Counted from the first letter of the stretch, positions 8,586-17,176 are shown. The stretch: 64,000 bases of DNA from an uncultured Clostridia bacterium (GCA_947628695.1 CANRAV010000009.1:8551-72550), one strand, 5' to 3'. The notes: generated by a model not told the origin, from the letters alone. Numbers and translations are program-made.

Positions 8586-9583
8586 AAAACGAGTTTAAGA
8601 AGGGCCCGCTTAACAAAATAACCGACGTTGACGGCGTCAAGGTCGGCCACAGAACGGTTGACGAAGGGGATTACCACAGCGGTGTCACCGTTGTGCTGCC
8701 GGTCGAGGGGAATGTTTTTTACGACAAGCCCGTGGCTGCCTGCTTTGTGCTTAACGGCTTTGGGAAAAGCGTCGGCCTTATACAGATAGAGGAGCTGGGG
8801 ACGCTTGAGTCGCCGATAGCGCTTACTAACACGCTTAGTGTCGGCGCGGTTATGGATGCGGTGACGAAGCACGCTGTGAAGGAAAGCGCCGACGAGGGGA
8901 AATACCTGCGCTCTGTCAACACGGTAGTTTGCGAGTGCAATGACGGCGGAATCAGCGACATTTGCGCGTTCGGAATAAACGCGTCGCACGTTGAAGACGC
9001 GTTCGCGGACGTGAAGGCGGACTTTGCAGAGGGCGCAGTCGGCGCAGGCAGGGGGATGAGCTGCCACGGGCTTAAGGGCGGTATCGGCTCTGCATCCCGC
9101 GTTATAAAGCTTGACGGTGCAGAATACACCGTCGGCATCCTGCTTCTCTCCAACCACGGCGCGCTGCGTGACTTAACGGTGGACGGCGTGAACCTTGGCG
9201 CGGAGATAGCGCGCGGAGAGCGCGAAAGCGACAAGGGCTCTATTATCGTCATAATGGCAACGGACATCCCGCTTTCGTCCCGCCAGATAAAGCGCGCGCT
9301 TAAGCGCATATCGACCGGGCTTGCACGCGTCGGCAGCCGCATAGGGCACGGCAGCGGCGAGGTCTTCCTTGGGTTTTCTACCGCCAACAGGGTCAAGGCT
9401 GGCTGCGGTGACATTCAAAGCTTCCGCGCACTTTCCGAAGAAAAGATCGACCTGCTGTTCCGTGCGGTTTCGGAGGCAACGGAGGACGCGCTTATTAAGT
9501 CGCTTTTGCTGTCCGAACCTTGCAAAAACCGCAAGGGCAAGACCATCCACAGCCTCTCGGAGTACTTCCCTTCAGTGGAATGA
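8582..9583 (+). CDS. P1 (DmpA/S58) family aminopeptidase
   Basis: 333 aa. ITDVDGVKVGHRTVDEGDYHSGVTVVLP and IIVIMATDIPLS are typical of DmpA-like Ntn peptidases. There is a 4-nt ATGA overlap with dat. Confidence 0.75.
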   Translation: MKNEFKKGPLNKITDVDGVKVGHRTVDEGDYHSGVTVVLPVEGNVFYDKPVAACFVLNGFGKSVGLIQIEELGTLESPIALTNTLSVGAVMDAVTKHAVKESADEGKYLRSVNTVVCECNDGGISDICAFGINASHVEDAFADVKADFAEGAVGAGRGMSCHGLKGGIGSASRVIKLDGAEYTVGILLLSNHGALRDLTVDGVNLGAEIARGERESDKGSIIVIMATDIPLSSRQIKRALKRISTGLARVGSRIGHGSGEVFLGFSTANRVKAGCGDIQSFRALSEEKIDLLFRAVSEATEDALIKSLLLSEPCKNRKGKTIHSLSEYFPSVE

Positions 9584-9617
9584 TTGCTGCTTTTTGTTTT
9601 TTGTTTATTTATTTTTT

Positions 9618-9646
9618 GGCCGAGCTCGCGCTCGGCCTGTTTTTTA
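9618..9646 (+). terminator. Intrinsic terminator of the dat/P1-peptidase operon
   Basis: ggccgagc-tcgc-gctcggcc (9618-9637) followed by tgtttttt. Confidence 0.75.
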
Positions 9647-9680
9647 TGAAGGGACTCGGTCCCTTCATGGCTGTTTTTGA
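9646..9680 (+). terminator. Second tandem terminator-like hairpin
   Basis: atgaagggac-tcg-gtcccttcat is a perfect 10-bp stem (9646-9668). It is followed by ggctgttttt. Confidence 0.55.
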
Positions 9681-9713
9681 GTTAGGTTTATAGAAAAACA
9701 TAGCTTTTTTGAC

Positions 9714-9734
9714 CCAAAGGGCACAGCCCTTTGG
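9714..9734. other. Perfect 9-bp stem-loop (ccaaagggc-aca-gccctttgg)
   Basis: Read directly from the sequence. There is no U-tract downstream on either strand. Confidence 0.6.
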
Positions 9735-9830
9735 AATCCCGAGCTGGCAACGCAGGTTACGTCTTAGCGATGTAAAGGCTGGTCACACGTATGAAGACTT
9801 TCAGCTATTGTACCGCGCCGAACTTTCCAC

Positions 9831-9930
9831 AAACGCGAGCGAAGCGAGCATAACGGCGGAGCCGCACTAAACCGCGAGCAGAGCGAGAGGCGGCGGAGCC
9901 GTTCACAAAAACGCGAGCGGAGCGAGCATA
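9831..9930. repeat. Degenerate tandem repeat (~37-39 bp unit, 2.6 copies) built on the cgcgagc(r)(r)agcgag...ggcggagccg motif
   Basis: aaacgcgagcgaagcgagcataacggcggagccgcac / taaaccgcgagcagagcgagaggcggcggagccgttcac / aaaaacgcgagcggagcgagcata. Confidence 0.6.
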
Positions 9931-9942
9931 TAATCAAATAAC

Positions 9943-9975
9943 GAATTTTCCGCGGGCATGTACCGCGGAAAATTC
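9943..9975. other. Perfect 13-bp stem-loop (gaattttccgcgg-gcatgta-ccgcggaaaattc)
   Basis: Read directly from the sequence. Confidence 0.65.
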
Positions 9976-9994
9976 TCCTTGGATTCCCGCGAGT

Positions 9995-10028
9995 GCCTAC
10001 CCCTCACCCCCACGGGGTGGGGGTAGGC
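9995..10028. other. G/C-rich stem-loop (gcctacccc-t-cacccc-cac-ggggtg-ggggtaggc)
   Basis: 15 base pairs with one bulged T. Read directly from the sequence. Confidence 0.6.
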
Positions 10029-10034
10029 GCGAGA

Positions 10035-10277
10035 CGCGAGTGAACGGGAATCTATAATAACCGCGGATAATTGAGAAAGCCGCGCTTTCTCAATTATCAA
10101 CCTATTAGATATATCGGGGGTACCCCCGAAAATCGTCAGATTTTTGGGGGAAAACCGCAGTCGCGAGTGAACGGGAATCTATAATAACCGAAGGCTCTTG
10201 AGAAAGCCATGCTTTCTCAAGAGCCAACCTTTTAGCCTATTCGGGGTCCCCGAAAAATCGTCAGATTTTTTGGGGAT
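10035..10277 (+). repeat. Two tandem copies (period 127 bp) of a ~115-nt structured module: a 29-nt identical leader containing TATAAT, a 14-bp hairpin, a G/C palindrome and an A/T-G/C hairpin. Candidate small-RNA or repeat element.
   Basis: cgcgagtgaacgggaatctataataaccg is identical at 10035-10063 and 10162-10190. The hairpins at 10066-10098 and 10193-10225 differ at 4 base pairs, all compensated. cgggggtacccccg versus cggggtccccg. ccccgaaaa(a)tcgtcagattttt(t)gggg occurs in both copies. Confidence 0.6.
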
Positions 10278-10321
10278 TTCTTATGGGGTCCACGTCACGA
10301 ACGTATGTGAGTGATGGGGAA

Positions 10322-10714
10322 TTACTTCTTCTTTTCTTCCTTAGCATCCTTCTTGCCGTAGATCTTGTCTGCGTCAACAAGGGTGATTATCGCCATCTCC
10401 GCGCCGTCACCGCGACGGGGGCCAAGCTTAAGAACGCGGGTATAACCGCCGTTCCTCTCGGCATAAGCGGGGGATATCTCGTTGAAAAGCTTATAAACAA
10501 CGCTTTCCTTCTTAATAAACGCGAAGGCGCGTCTCTTATTTGCAAGGGTGTTCTCCTTGCCCAGTGTTATCATCTTCTCGGCAAGGGCGCTTACTTCCTT
10601 CGCCCTTGTCAAAGTTGTTTCTATCTTGCCGTTTTCAAGCAGAAAGGTCACCATACCCTTAAGCATAGCCATTCTGTGGTCGGTCTTCCTGCCAAGCTTT
10701 CTTGTTCCGGGCAT
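10322..10714 (-). CDS. rplQ: 50S ribosomal protein L17
   Basis: [21 protein letters not shown]... 130 aa, after rpoA. Confidence 0.97.
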   Translation of the reverse strand: MPGTRKLGRKTDHRMAMLKGMVTFLLENGKIETTLTRAKEVSALAEKMITLGKENTLANKRRAFAFIKKESVVYKLFNEISPAYAERNGGYTRVLKLGPRRGDGAEMAIITLVDADKIYGKKDAKEEKKK

Positions 10715-10745
10715 TACATATTGCCTCCTTTTTCAGAATTATGGT

Positions 10746-11696
10746 TTACTCCTCGGTCTTCTTAAGCGAAAGTCCAAGGGACTGAAGCTTTTGGATCACT
10801 TCTTCAAGCGACTTTTTACCAAGATTTCTTACCTTTATCATGTCCTCTTCCGTCTTGTTGGTGAGGTCTTCGACCGTGTCGATACCCGCACGCTTAAGAC
10901 AGTTAAAGCTCCTGACGGACATATCAAGCTCTTCAATGGTCATCTCAAGAACCTTTTCCTTCTGGGTTTCGGGTCTGTCGACCATTATTTCCTCGTTCTT
11001 CGCAGTCTCGGAAAGCTCTATGAACAGGTTCAAATGCTCTACAAGAATCTTCGCAGCGAGGGAAACAGCCTCTTTGGCGGTGATGATGCCGTTGGTTGCC
11101 ACGCTAAGGGTAAGTTTATCAAAATCCGTAATATTGCCTACGCGCGTGTTTTCAACAGTGTAGTTGGCACTGTAAACAGGCGTATAGATGGAATCGGTAT
11201 AAATAACGCCCAAAATAGGTTGACCGTTTTGCTTGTTCTTTTCGGAGGAAACGTAACCTCTGCCATGTTCAAAGGTTATTTCCATATAAAACTCGTGACC
11301 TTCCTCGACGGTGACAAGGTGGTGATCCTTGTTGAGAATCTCTATGTCACTGTCAACCTGTATATCGCCAGCGGTTATGTCGGCAAAGCCGGAGCCTTCG
11401 ACAATAACGGTCTTCGGAACTGCACAGTGAAGCTTTGCGACGATGCCCTTTACGTTCATGACAATCTCCGTAAGGTCTTCCTTTACGCCGGGGATTGTGG
11501 AGATCTCGTGCAGAGCGCCGTCAACCTTGATGCTGGTTGCCGCAACGCCGGGCAAGGAGCTTAAAAGCACGCGCCGAAGCGAGTTGCCAAGCGTTGTACC
11601 GTAACCGCGTTCAAGGGGCTCAATGACAAAAGTGCCGTGTGTGCCGTCCTCGCTGAGGTCAGCCGTTACTATGTTCGGTCTTTCTATCTCAATCAT
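10746..11696 (-). CDS. rpoA: DNA-directed RNA polymerase subunit alpha
   Basis: [10 protein letters not shown]...[20 protein letters not shown]... The start was set at 11696, which is preceded by the RBS ggaggtatacag. The track ORF extends 8 codons further. Confidence 0.97.
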   Translation of the reverse strand: MIEIERPNIVTADLSEDGTHGTFVIEPLERGYGTTLGNSLRRVLLSSLPGVAATSIKVDGALHEISTIPGVKEDLTEIVMNVKGIVAKLHCAVPKTVIVEGSGFADITAGDIQVDSDIEILNKDHHLVTVEEGHEFYMEITFEHGRGYVSSEKNKQNGQPILGVIYTDSIYTPVYSANYTVENTRVGNITDFDKLTLSVATNGIITAKEAVSLAAKILVEHLNLFIELSETAKNEEIMVDRPETQKEKVLEMTIEELDMSVRSFNCLKRAGIDTVEDLTNKTEEDMIKVRNLGKKSLEEVIQKLQSLGLSLKKTEE

Positions 11697-11753
11697 CTGT
11701 ATACCTCCTATTGAAATCAACAGCCGCTAAAAAACTTAACGCTGTAAATGCCG

Positions 11754-12386
11754 TTACTTGGAGTACAACTCTACTATCAGGTGCTCCTCGAACGGGAAAT
11801 CCACATCTTCTCTGGTGGGAAGCGCGGCCACGGTGGCAACAGCATTTTCCTTGTCCACCTCTAACCACGCAGGTACTGACCTCGCGGAGATATTTTCGAT
11901 AAGCATTTTAATAAGAGCGCTCTTACGGCTGGATTCCTTCACAGCGATGACATCGCCCTTCTTAACAAGCAGGGACGGGATGTTTGCCTTCTTGCCGTTT
12001 ACGGTGAAGTGGCCGTGACGCACAAGCTGACGTGCCTGACGGCGGCTGTCTGCCATACCCATGCGGTAAACAACGTTGTCAAGCCTTGTCTCAATCATAG
12101 TAAGAAGGTTCTCGCCGGTCTGACCGGGTTTGTTGTCTGCCTTCTCAAAATAATTGTTAAACTGCTTCTCTAAAATACCGTAGTACCTTCTTGCCTTCTG
12201 CTTTTCACGCAGCTGCAAGCCGTATTCCTTTACTCTCTTCCTGCCGGCGTTTGCACCGTGCTGACCGGGAGCCTTTGCCCTTCTCACGAGCGGGCACTTT
12301 TCGGAAGTGCATTTGTCGCCCTTAAGAAACAGCTTTGTATTCTCTCTGCGGCAAAGTCTGCACGCAGGACCGGTATATCTTGCCAT
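11754..12386 (-). CDS. rpsD: 30S ribosomal protein S4
   Basis: [26 protein letters not shown]..., 210 aa. Confidence 0.97.
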   Translation of the reverse strand: MARYTGPACRLCRRENTKLFLKGDKCTSEKCPLVRRAKAPGQHGANAGRKRVKEYGLQLREKQKARRYYGILEKQFNNYFEKADNKPGQTGENLLTMIETRLDNVVYRMGMADSRRQARQLVRHGHFTVNGKKANIPSLLVKKGDVIAVKESSRKSALIKMLIENISARSVPAWLEVDKENAVATVAALPTREDVDFPFEEHLIVELYSK

Positions 12387-12412
12387 TAGTTATTCCTCCT
12401 ATTTTTCTAAGC

Positions 12413-12808
12413 CTATACGCGTCTTCTCTTGGGCGGACGGCATCCGTTGTGCGGGATGGGCGTAACGTCCTTGATGGAAACAACGTCGAGACCTGCAACC
12501 TGAAGCGCCCTTATTGCGGCTTCTCTGCCTTGACCGGGACCTTTTACGTACACTTCAACGGTTTTAAGACCGTGCTCCATTGCAGCCTTTGCCGCCGTCT
12601 CGGCAGCCATCTGTGCCGCAAAGGGGGTAGACTTACGCGAGCCCCTGTAACCAAGCTCGCCCGCAGAAGCCCAGCTTATCGCATTGCCGCTTGTATCGGA
12701 AATGGTGACTATCGTGTTGTTGAAGCTGGAGCTGATATGTGCAGCACCGCGCTCTACAACCTTGCGTTCACGACGCTTCTTGGTGACAGTCTTTTTTGCT
12801 TTTGCCAT
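12413..12808 (-). CDS. rpsK: 30S ribosomal protein S11
   Basis: ...[30 protein letters not shown]... Confidence 0.97.
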   Translation of the reverse strand: MAKAKKTVTKKRRERKVVERGAAHISSSFNNTIVTISDTSGNAISWASAGELGYRGSRKSTPFAAQMAAETAAKAAMEHGLKTVEVYVKGPGQGREAAIRALQVAGLDVVSIKDVTPIPHNGCRPPKRRRV

Positions 12809-12827
12809 GTTTTAGCTTTCCCTCCTA

Positions 12828-13196
12828 TTACTTCTTCTTGTTTGCAATGGTCTTAGCGGGACCCTTGCGAGTTCTTGCGTTGGTCTTCGTCCTCTGCCCT
12901 CTTACGGGAAGGCTCTTTCTGTGCCTCTTGCCGCGGTAGCAGTCGATTTCAACCATGCGCTTGATGTTAAGAGCAACTTCACGGCGAAGGTCACCTTCAA
13001 CCATGTAGTCTCTCTCGATGACTTCACGCAGCTTTGCGATGTCATCCTCGGTCAAATCCTTAACCCTTGTGTCGGGATTTATGCCGGTCTTTACGAGTAT
13101 CTCGTTGGAACGCGACCTGCCGATACCGAATATATAGGTAAGACCGATCTCAACGCGCTTTGCGTTCGGAATGTCAACACCGGATATACGAGCCAT
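12828..13196 (-). CDS. rpsM: 30S ribosomal protein S13
   Basis: [30 protein letters not shown]... Confidence 0.97.
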   Translation of the reverse strand: MARISGVDIPNAKRVEIGLTYIFGIGRSRSNEILVKTGINPDTRVKDLTEDDIAKLREVIERDYMVEGDLRREVALNIKRMVEIDCYRGKRHRKSLPVRGQRTKTNARTRKGPAKTIANKKK

Positions 13197-13210
13197 TATT
13201 ACACCTCACT

Positions 13211-13324
13211 TTAACCTTGTTTTTGCTTATGCTTGGGGTTTTCGCAAATAACCATTATTTTGCCTTTTCTTTTGATGATTTTGCACTTTTCGCAAATCTT
13301 TTTCACAGAAGGCCTTACTTTCAT
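13211..13324 (-). CDS. rpmJ: 50S ribosomal protein L36 (Zn-ribbon form)
   Basis: Not in the ORF track because it is under 60 aa. I translated it by hand as [40 protein letters not shown] ggaggtaaagaa upstream. Confidence 0.95.
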   Translation of the reverse strand: MKVRPSVKKICEKCKIIKRKGKIMVICENPKHKQKQG

Positions 13325-13342
13325 TTCTTTACCTCCATAGGC

Positions 13343-13561
13343 TTATTTGTGCCTGAACGTTATTCTTCCCTGGGTCAAATCGTAAACGGAAACCTCAACC
13401 GTAACTGCGTCGCCCTGCAGTATTTTGATGTAGTGCATACGCATTTTCCCGGATATGTGCGCCGTTATGATGTGGCCGTTTGAAAGCTTTACCTTGAACA
13501 TAGTGTTGGGGAGTACCTCCGTCACTACGCCTTCAAATTCAATAACATCGTCTTTAGCCAG
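13343..13561 (-). CDS. infA: Translation initiation factor IF-1, apparently starting at a CTG codon
   Basis: The conserved N-terminus [23 protein letters not shown] lies upstream of the GTG used by the track. In frame between the upstream TGA and Ala2 the only near-cognate start is CTG (13559-13561), 7 nt after GGAGGG. This gives 72 aa, the canonical IF-1 length. Confidence 0.85.
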   Translation of the reverse strand: MAKDDVIEFEGVVTEVLPNTMFKVKLSNGHIITAHISGKMRMHYIKILQGDAVTVEVSVYDLTQGRITFRHK

Positions 13562-13575
13562 AACAAATCCCTCCG

Positions 13576-13833
13576 TTAATCAGTAACAGCAGTGCCCACA
13601 AAGCCGTTTTCACGTATAAATGCGCGAACGGCCTTGTTGGTCACAGGACCGCCGTAAACAGCGGCATCGTCCAATAATACTATATGCTTAAGCTTTTTGC
13701 GTTTAGGCGTTTCGACCTTGCGTTTTCGTCCGTCCGCAAGGAGGACATAGCCGCCTTCTTCATCCAGCACACAAAGGACGCTGCCTTTATCTCTGCCCGC
13801 AGCCGAAGCGGCGAGCCTGCCGACAAAGCCCAT
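13576..13833 (-). CDS. KOW domain-containing RNA-binding protein (small conserved gene between map and infA)
   Basis: [54 protein letters not shown] aaggag. The track ORF's extra 37 codons overlap map and were rejected. Confidence 0.8.
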   Translation of the reverse strand: MGFVGRLAASAAGRDKGSVLCVLDEEGGYVLLADGRKRKVETPKRKKLKHIVLLDDAAVYGGPVTNKAVRAFIRENGFVGTAVTD

Positions 13834-13847
13834 ACCACGCTCCTTCG

Positions 13848-14600
13848 TTACAGCGCCGTCAGAATGACGGGGCCGTTCCCGGTGATTGCCACGGTGTTCT
13901 CGTAATGTGCCGAAAGGCTGCCGTCCGTAGTGACAACCGTCCACTCGTTGGCAAGCACCCTAACGCCGTAGCCGCCAATGTTTATCATGGGCTCTATGGC
14001 CAGGGTCATGCCTGGCATAAGCCTTACGCCGTGACCGGGTCTGCCGTAGTTCGGAACGCTTGGATCCTCGTGCAGCTCGTGCCCCACGCCGTGACCGACA
14101 TACTCGCGCACTACTGAATAGCCGCTCGCCTCCGCACATTGCTGCACGGCCGCGGATATGTCGCCAAGGCGGTTGTCCGGAACGGCCTTCTCCACACCGC
14201 AGGCGAAGCACAGCTCCGTCACCTCGATAAGGCGAAGTGCTTCCGGTGAAGCGCTGCCGACGGGGAAGCTTGCCGCACAGTCGCTGTGATAGCCCTTGTA
14301 GAAGGCGCCGACGTCGATTTTGACAATGTCGCCGTCCTTAAGGACGCGCTCGTGTGACGGAATACCGTGGATAACCTCGTTGTTCACGCTGACACAGGCG
14401 CTTCCGGGGAAGCCGCCGTAGCCGAGGAAGGATGGCGTCGCTCCGTGCGACATTATGACCTGCCGTATCTTCGCGTCGATGGCGCCGGTGGTAACACCGG
14501 GCTTTGCCATCTCACCGCCAACCTGCCTTGCCAGGGCTGCAATCTTGCCCGAATCGCGCATTATAGCTATGTCAAGCTTGCTTTTTAGTATAATCATCAC
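13848..14600 (-). CDS. map: Type I methionine aminopeptidase
   Basis: 250 aa. GYGGFPGSACVSVNNEVIHGIP...DIVKIDVGA...GHGVGHELHEDP... Confidence 0.95.
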   Translation of the reverse strand: MMIILKSKLDIAIMRDSGKIAALARQVGGEMAKPGVTTGAIDAKIRQVIMSHGATPSFLGYGGFPGSACVSVNNEVIHGIPSHERVLKDGDIVKIDVGAFYKGYHSDCAASFPVGSASPEALRLIEVTELCFACGVEKAVPDNRLGDISAAVQQCAEASGYSVVREYVGHGVGHELHEDPSVPNYGRPGHGVRLMPGMTLAIEPMINIGGYGVRVLANEWTVVTTDGSLSAHYENTVAITGNGPVILTAL

Positions 14601-15229
14601 ATACCGAGGGCAGCTTTCATAAGCGCGGTTATTTCCTCCACGCTGCCCTGCCCCTTAACGGATTTCAGGATGCCCTTGCCGCTGTAGTAGTCCTTAAGCG
14701 GCTCGGTCTCCTTATGATAGGTGTTCAACCTGTTAAGGACAACCTCCGGCTTGTCGTCGTCGCGAACAAGCAGCTCGCCTCCGCAAACGTCGCACTTATC
14801 GCCGGCCTTTGAAGGATTGTAGACTGTGTGGAAGGTTGCACCGCACGCTTTGCAAACCCTGCGGCCGCCCATCCTTTCAACAATCGCTTCGTCAGAAATC
14901 TCCAGCGACACCACAACGTCGATCTTCACGCCCATGCCGTCAAGCGCAATTGCCTGCGGCACGGTACGGGGGAACCCGTCAAGTATAAAACCGTTCTTGC
15001 AGTCGTCCTTCGCAAGGCGTTCCTTTATGATGCCGATAACGACTTCGTCCGGAACGAGTGCACCCGCATCCATATAGCTCTTCGCGGAAAGACCCATCGG
15101 GGTGCCTTCCTTGACAGCGGCGCGTATTATTGCACCGGTCGATACGGTGGGAATTTGGAGATCTTTGCTTATTATTTCCGCCTGGGTGCCTTTGCCGGCA
15201 CCGGGAGGGCCAAACAGAATGATATTCAT
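14597..15229 (-). CDS. adk: Adenylate kinase (Zn-lid type)
   Basis: MNIILFGPPGAGKGTQAE... The lid carries CKACG...CDVCGG. Confidence 0.96.
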   Translation of the reverse strand: MNIILFGPPGAGKGTQAEIISKDLQIPTVSTGAIIRAAVKEGTPMGLSAKSYMDAGALVPDEVVIGIIKERLAKDDCKNGFILDGFPRTVPQAIALDGMGVKIDVVVSLEISDEAIVERMGGRRVCKACGATFHTVYNPSKAGDKCDVCGGELLVRDDDKPEVVLNRLNTYHKETEPLKDYYSGKGILKSVKGQGSVEEITALMKAALGM

Positions 15230-15240
15230 ATTATCGCCTC

Positions 15241-16515
15241 TTATTCAAGGAAGCCCTTGTAGTGACGCATGGTCACTTCGCTCTCAAGCTCCTTGATAAC
15301 TTCGTTAACGACGCCGACAACGATTATGATGGAGGAGCCGCCGAATACAAGGTAGCCGAGGTTCGACTGGGGCCAAAGAAGAGCCAGAAGCTGCGGGAAC
15401 ACCGCGATAACACCGAGGAACAAAGCGCCGACAAGGGTAACCCTGTTAAGCACCTTCCTGATGTAGTTCGACGTAGGTGCGCCCGGACGGTAGCCGAGTA
15501 TAGTACCGCCGTTCTTCTTAAGGTTGTTTGCAACCTCTACCGGGTTGAAGCTTATCGCAAGGTAGAAGTAAGCAAAAGCGATTATAAGAATGAAGTTCAG
15601 AGCTATGCCGAAGGCCCCTGTCATAGAGAAGAACCTGAGAACGGCATTGTTCTGATTCCAGCCGAAGATCAAACCCAAGGTGGAAGGGAGAGATACAATA
15701 GACTGTGCAAAGATTATCGGCATAACGCCGGACATGTTAAGCTTAATGGGAAGATGCGTGTTCATGCCGCCGTACATCTTCCTGCCGACGGTACGCTTTG
15801 CGTACTGAACGGGAAGCCTTCTCTCGGCACCGTCCATCCATACGATAAAGGTTATAACCGCAATCATGATTATAACTGCTATAATATCGTACAGCCAACC
15901 GAGGTCAACGCCCTGTGCAACCTGTATGCCGGCGCTTATCATAGACCCAAGGCGGGAGATGATGTTGAAGAAAAGGATTATGGAGATACCGTTGCCGATA
16001 CCGTGGTCGTTTATCTTTTCACCAAGCCACATGATAAGCGATGCGCCTGCAACGTAGGACATTACAACCACAAGGCCCGCAAAGAAGCTGTTGTTGAAAA
16101 GTGCGCCGTTCCTCTTCATGGTCAGGTAATAACCTAAGGCGGTTATAACCGCGAGGAAAACGGTAAGGTATCTCGTGTACTGGGTTATCTTCTTCTGTCC
16201 GTCGGGTTCCTTCGCCTTTCTCTCCAGCCAAGGGATGGCGATGGTGAGAAGCTGCATCACTATGGATGCGGTGATGTAGGGCGTAATGGAAAGGGCGAAC
16301 AGTGTACCGTCTGAGAAGCTGGAACCGGACAGGATGTTCAGGTATCCGAAGATCGTGTCCGAAGCGTTCTCAAAGGTAGCAGCCCAAGTGCTGCTGTCAA
16401 CATACGGAACCGGTATAACGCAGCCGATCCTGTAGAGGATGACAATGAAGATTGTGAAAATCATTTTGCGACGGGTGTCTTCAATGTGCCAAGCGTTTTT
16501 AATAGTTTGAAACAT
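15241..16515 (-). CDS. secY: Preprotein translocase subunit SecY
   Basis: 424 aa, multi-TM. ...GITPYITASIVMQLL... Position between rplO and adk. Confidence 0.96.
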   Translation of the reverse strand: MFQTIKNAWHIEDTRRKMIFTIFIVILYRIGCVIPVPYVDSSTWAATFENASDTIFGYLNILSGSSFSDGTLFALSITPYITASIVMQLLTIAIPWLERKAKEPDGQKKITQYTRYLTVFLAVITALGYYLTMKRNGALFNNSFFAGLVVVMSYVAGASLIMWLGEKINDHGIGNGISIILFFNIISRLGSMISAGIQVAQGVDLGWLYDIIAVIIMIAVITFIVWMDGAERRLPVQYAKRTVGRKMYGGMNTHLPIKLNMSGVMPIIFAQSIVSLPSTLGLIFGWNQNNAVLRFFSMTGAFGIALNFILIIAFAYFYLAISFNPVEVANNLKKNGGTILGYRPGAPTSNYIRKVLNRVTLVGALFLGVIAVFPQLLALLWPQSNLGYLVFGGSSIIIVVGVVNEVIKELESEVTMRHYKGFLE

Positions 16516-16516
16516 T

Positions 16517-16957
16517 TTATATCACCTGTGCCTTCCCGCCTGCTGCTTCGATTTTTTCTTTGGCCGTTGCGGAAAAGACTGCTGCCTCGACGGTTATCTT
16601 CTTCGTAAGTTCACCGTTGCCGAGGACCTTAAGCCCGTCGAGTGCTTTATTGAGTACGCCATTTTCAAGCAAAGTCTCGACATTTACAACGCTGCCGTTT
16701 TCAAAATCGTTAAGCTTGCCTACGTTAATGATAGCATACTGCTTAGAGAAGTGGTTGTTGAACCCTCTCTTTGGAAGCCTTCTGTATATAGGGAGCTGGC
16801 CGCCCTCAAAGCCGGGACGAACACCGCCGCCGGAGCGCGCCTTCTGCCCTTTATGACCGCGTCCTGCGGTTTTACCGTTGCCGCTTGCAATACCCCTGCC
16901 CTTTCTGAAACGGGCGGAAGTAGAGCCCTTAGCCGGAGAAAGCTCGTGAAGCTTCAT
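16517..16957 (-). CDS. rplO: 50S ribosomal protein L15
   Basis: [43 protein letters not shown]... Confidence 0.97.
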   Translation of the reverse strand: MKLHELSPAKGSTSARFRKGRGIASGNGKTAGRGHKGQKARSGGGVRPGFEGGQLPIYRRLPKRGFNNHFSKQYAIINVGKLNDFENGSVVNVETLLENGVLNKALDGLKVLGNGELTKKITVEAAVFSATAKEKIEAAGGKAQVI

Positions 16958-16978
16958 AACATTTCCTCCTTTTTTCGA

Positions 16979-17161
16979 TTAGTCCGCGTTTTCCACGCTT
17001 ACAAGGTGAGCTATTACATTGATTTTGCCGTTGACAGAGTCGTTTACTTCAACGACCTTGCTGTCGCCGATTTTCCTCAATGCGAGAGATTTGCAGGTGA
17101 GAATCTGATTTTCCTTGCGGCCAATCAGGCTCTTTTTCAAAGTAATCTTTACTTTTGCCAT
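16979..17161 (-). CDS. rpmD: 50S ribosomal protein L30
   Basis: MAKVKITLKKSLIGRKENQILTCKSLALRKIGD... Confidence 0.95.
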   Translation of the reverse strand: MAKVKITLKKSLIGRKENQILTCKSLALRKIGDSKVVEVNDSVNGKINVIAHLVSVENAD

Positions 17162-17176
17162 TTTCTAAATCCCCCT

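Noticed and set aside
9903-10100. 65-aa minus-strand ORF inside the hairpin tract, and the 160-aa plus-strand ORF at 10283-10765
   Set aside because: The first is read through palindromes and repeats, with no RBS and an odd composition. The second is mostly antisense to rplQ.
10035-10190. Possible CRISPR array, suggested by two identical 29-bp repeats
   Set aside because: There are only two copies. They are separated by 98 bp, which is itself homologous between the copies, so the whole 127-bp unit is repeated rather than repeat alternating with unique spacer. There are no cas genes in the window.
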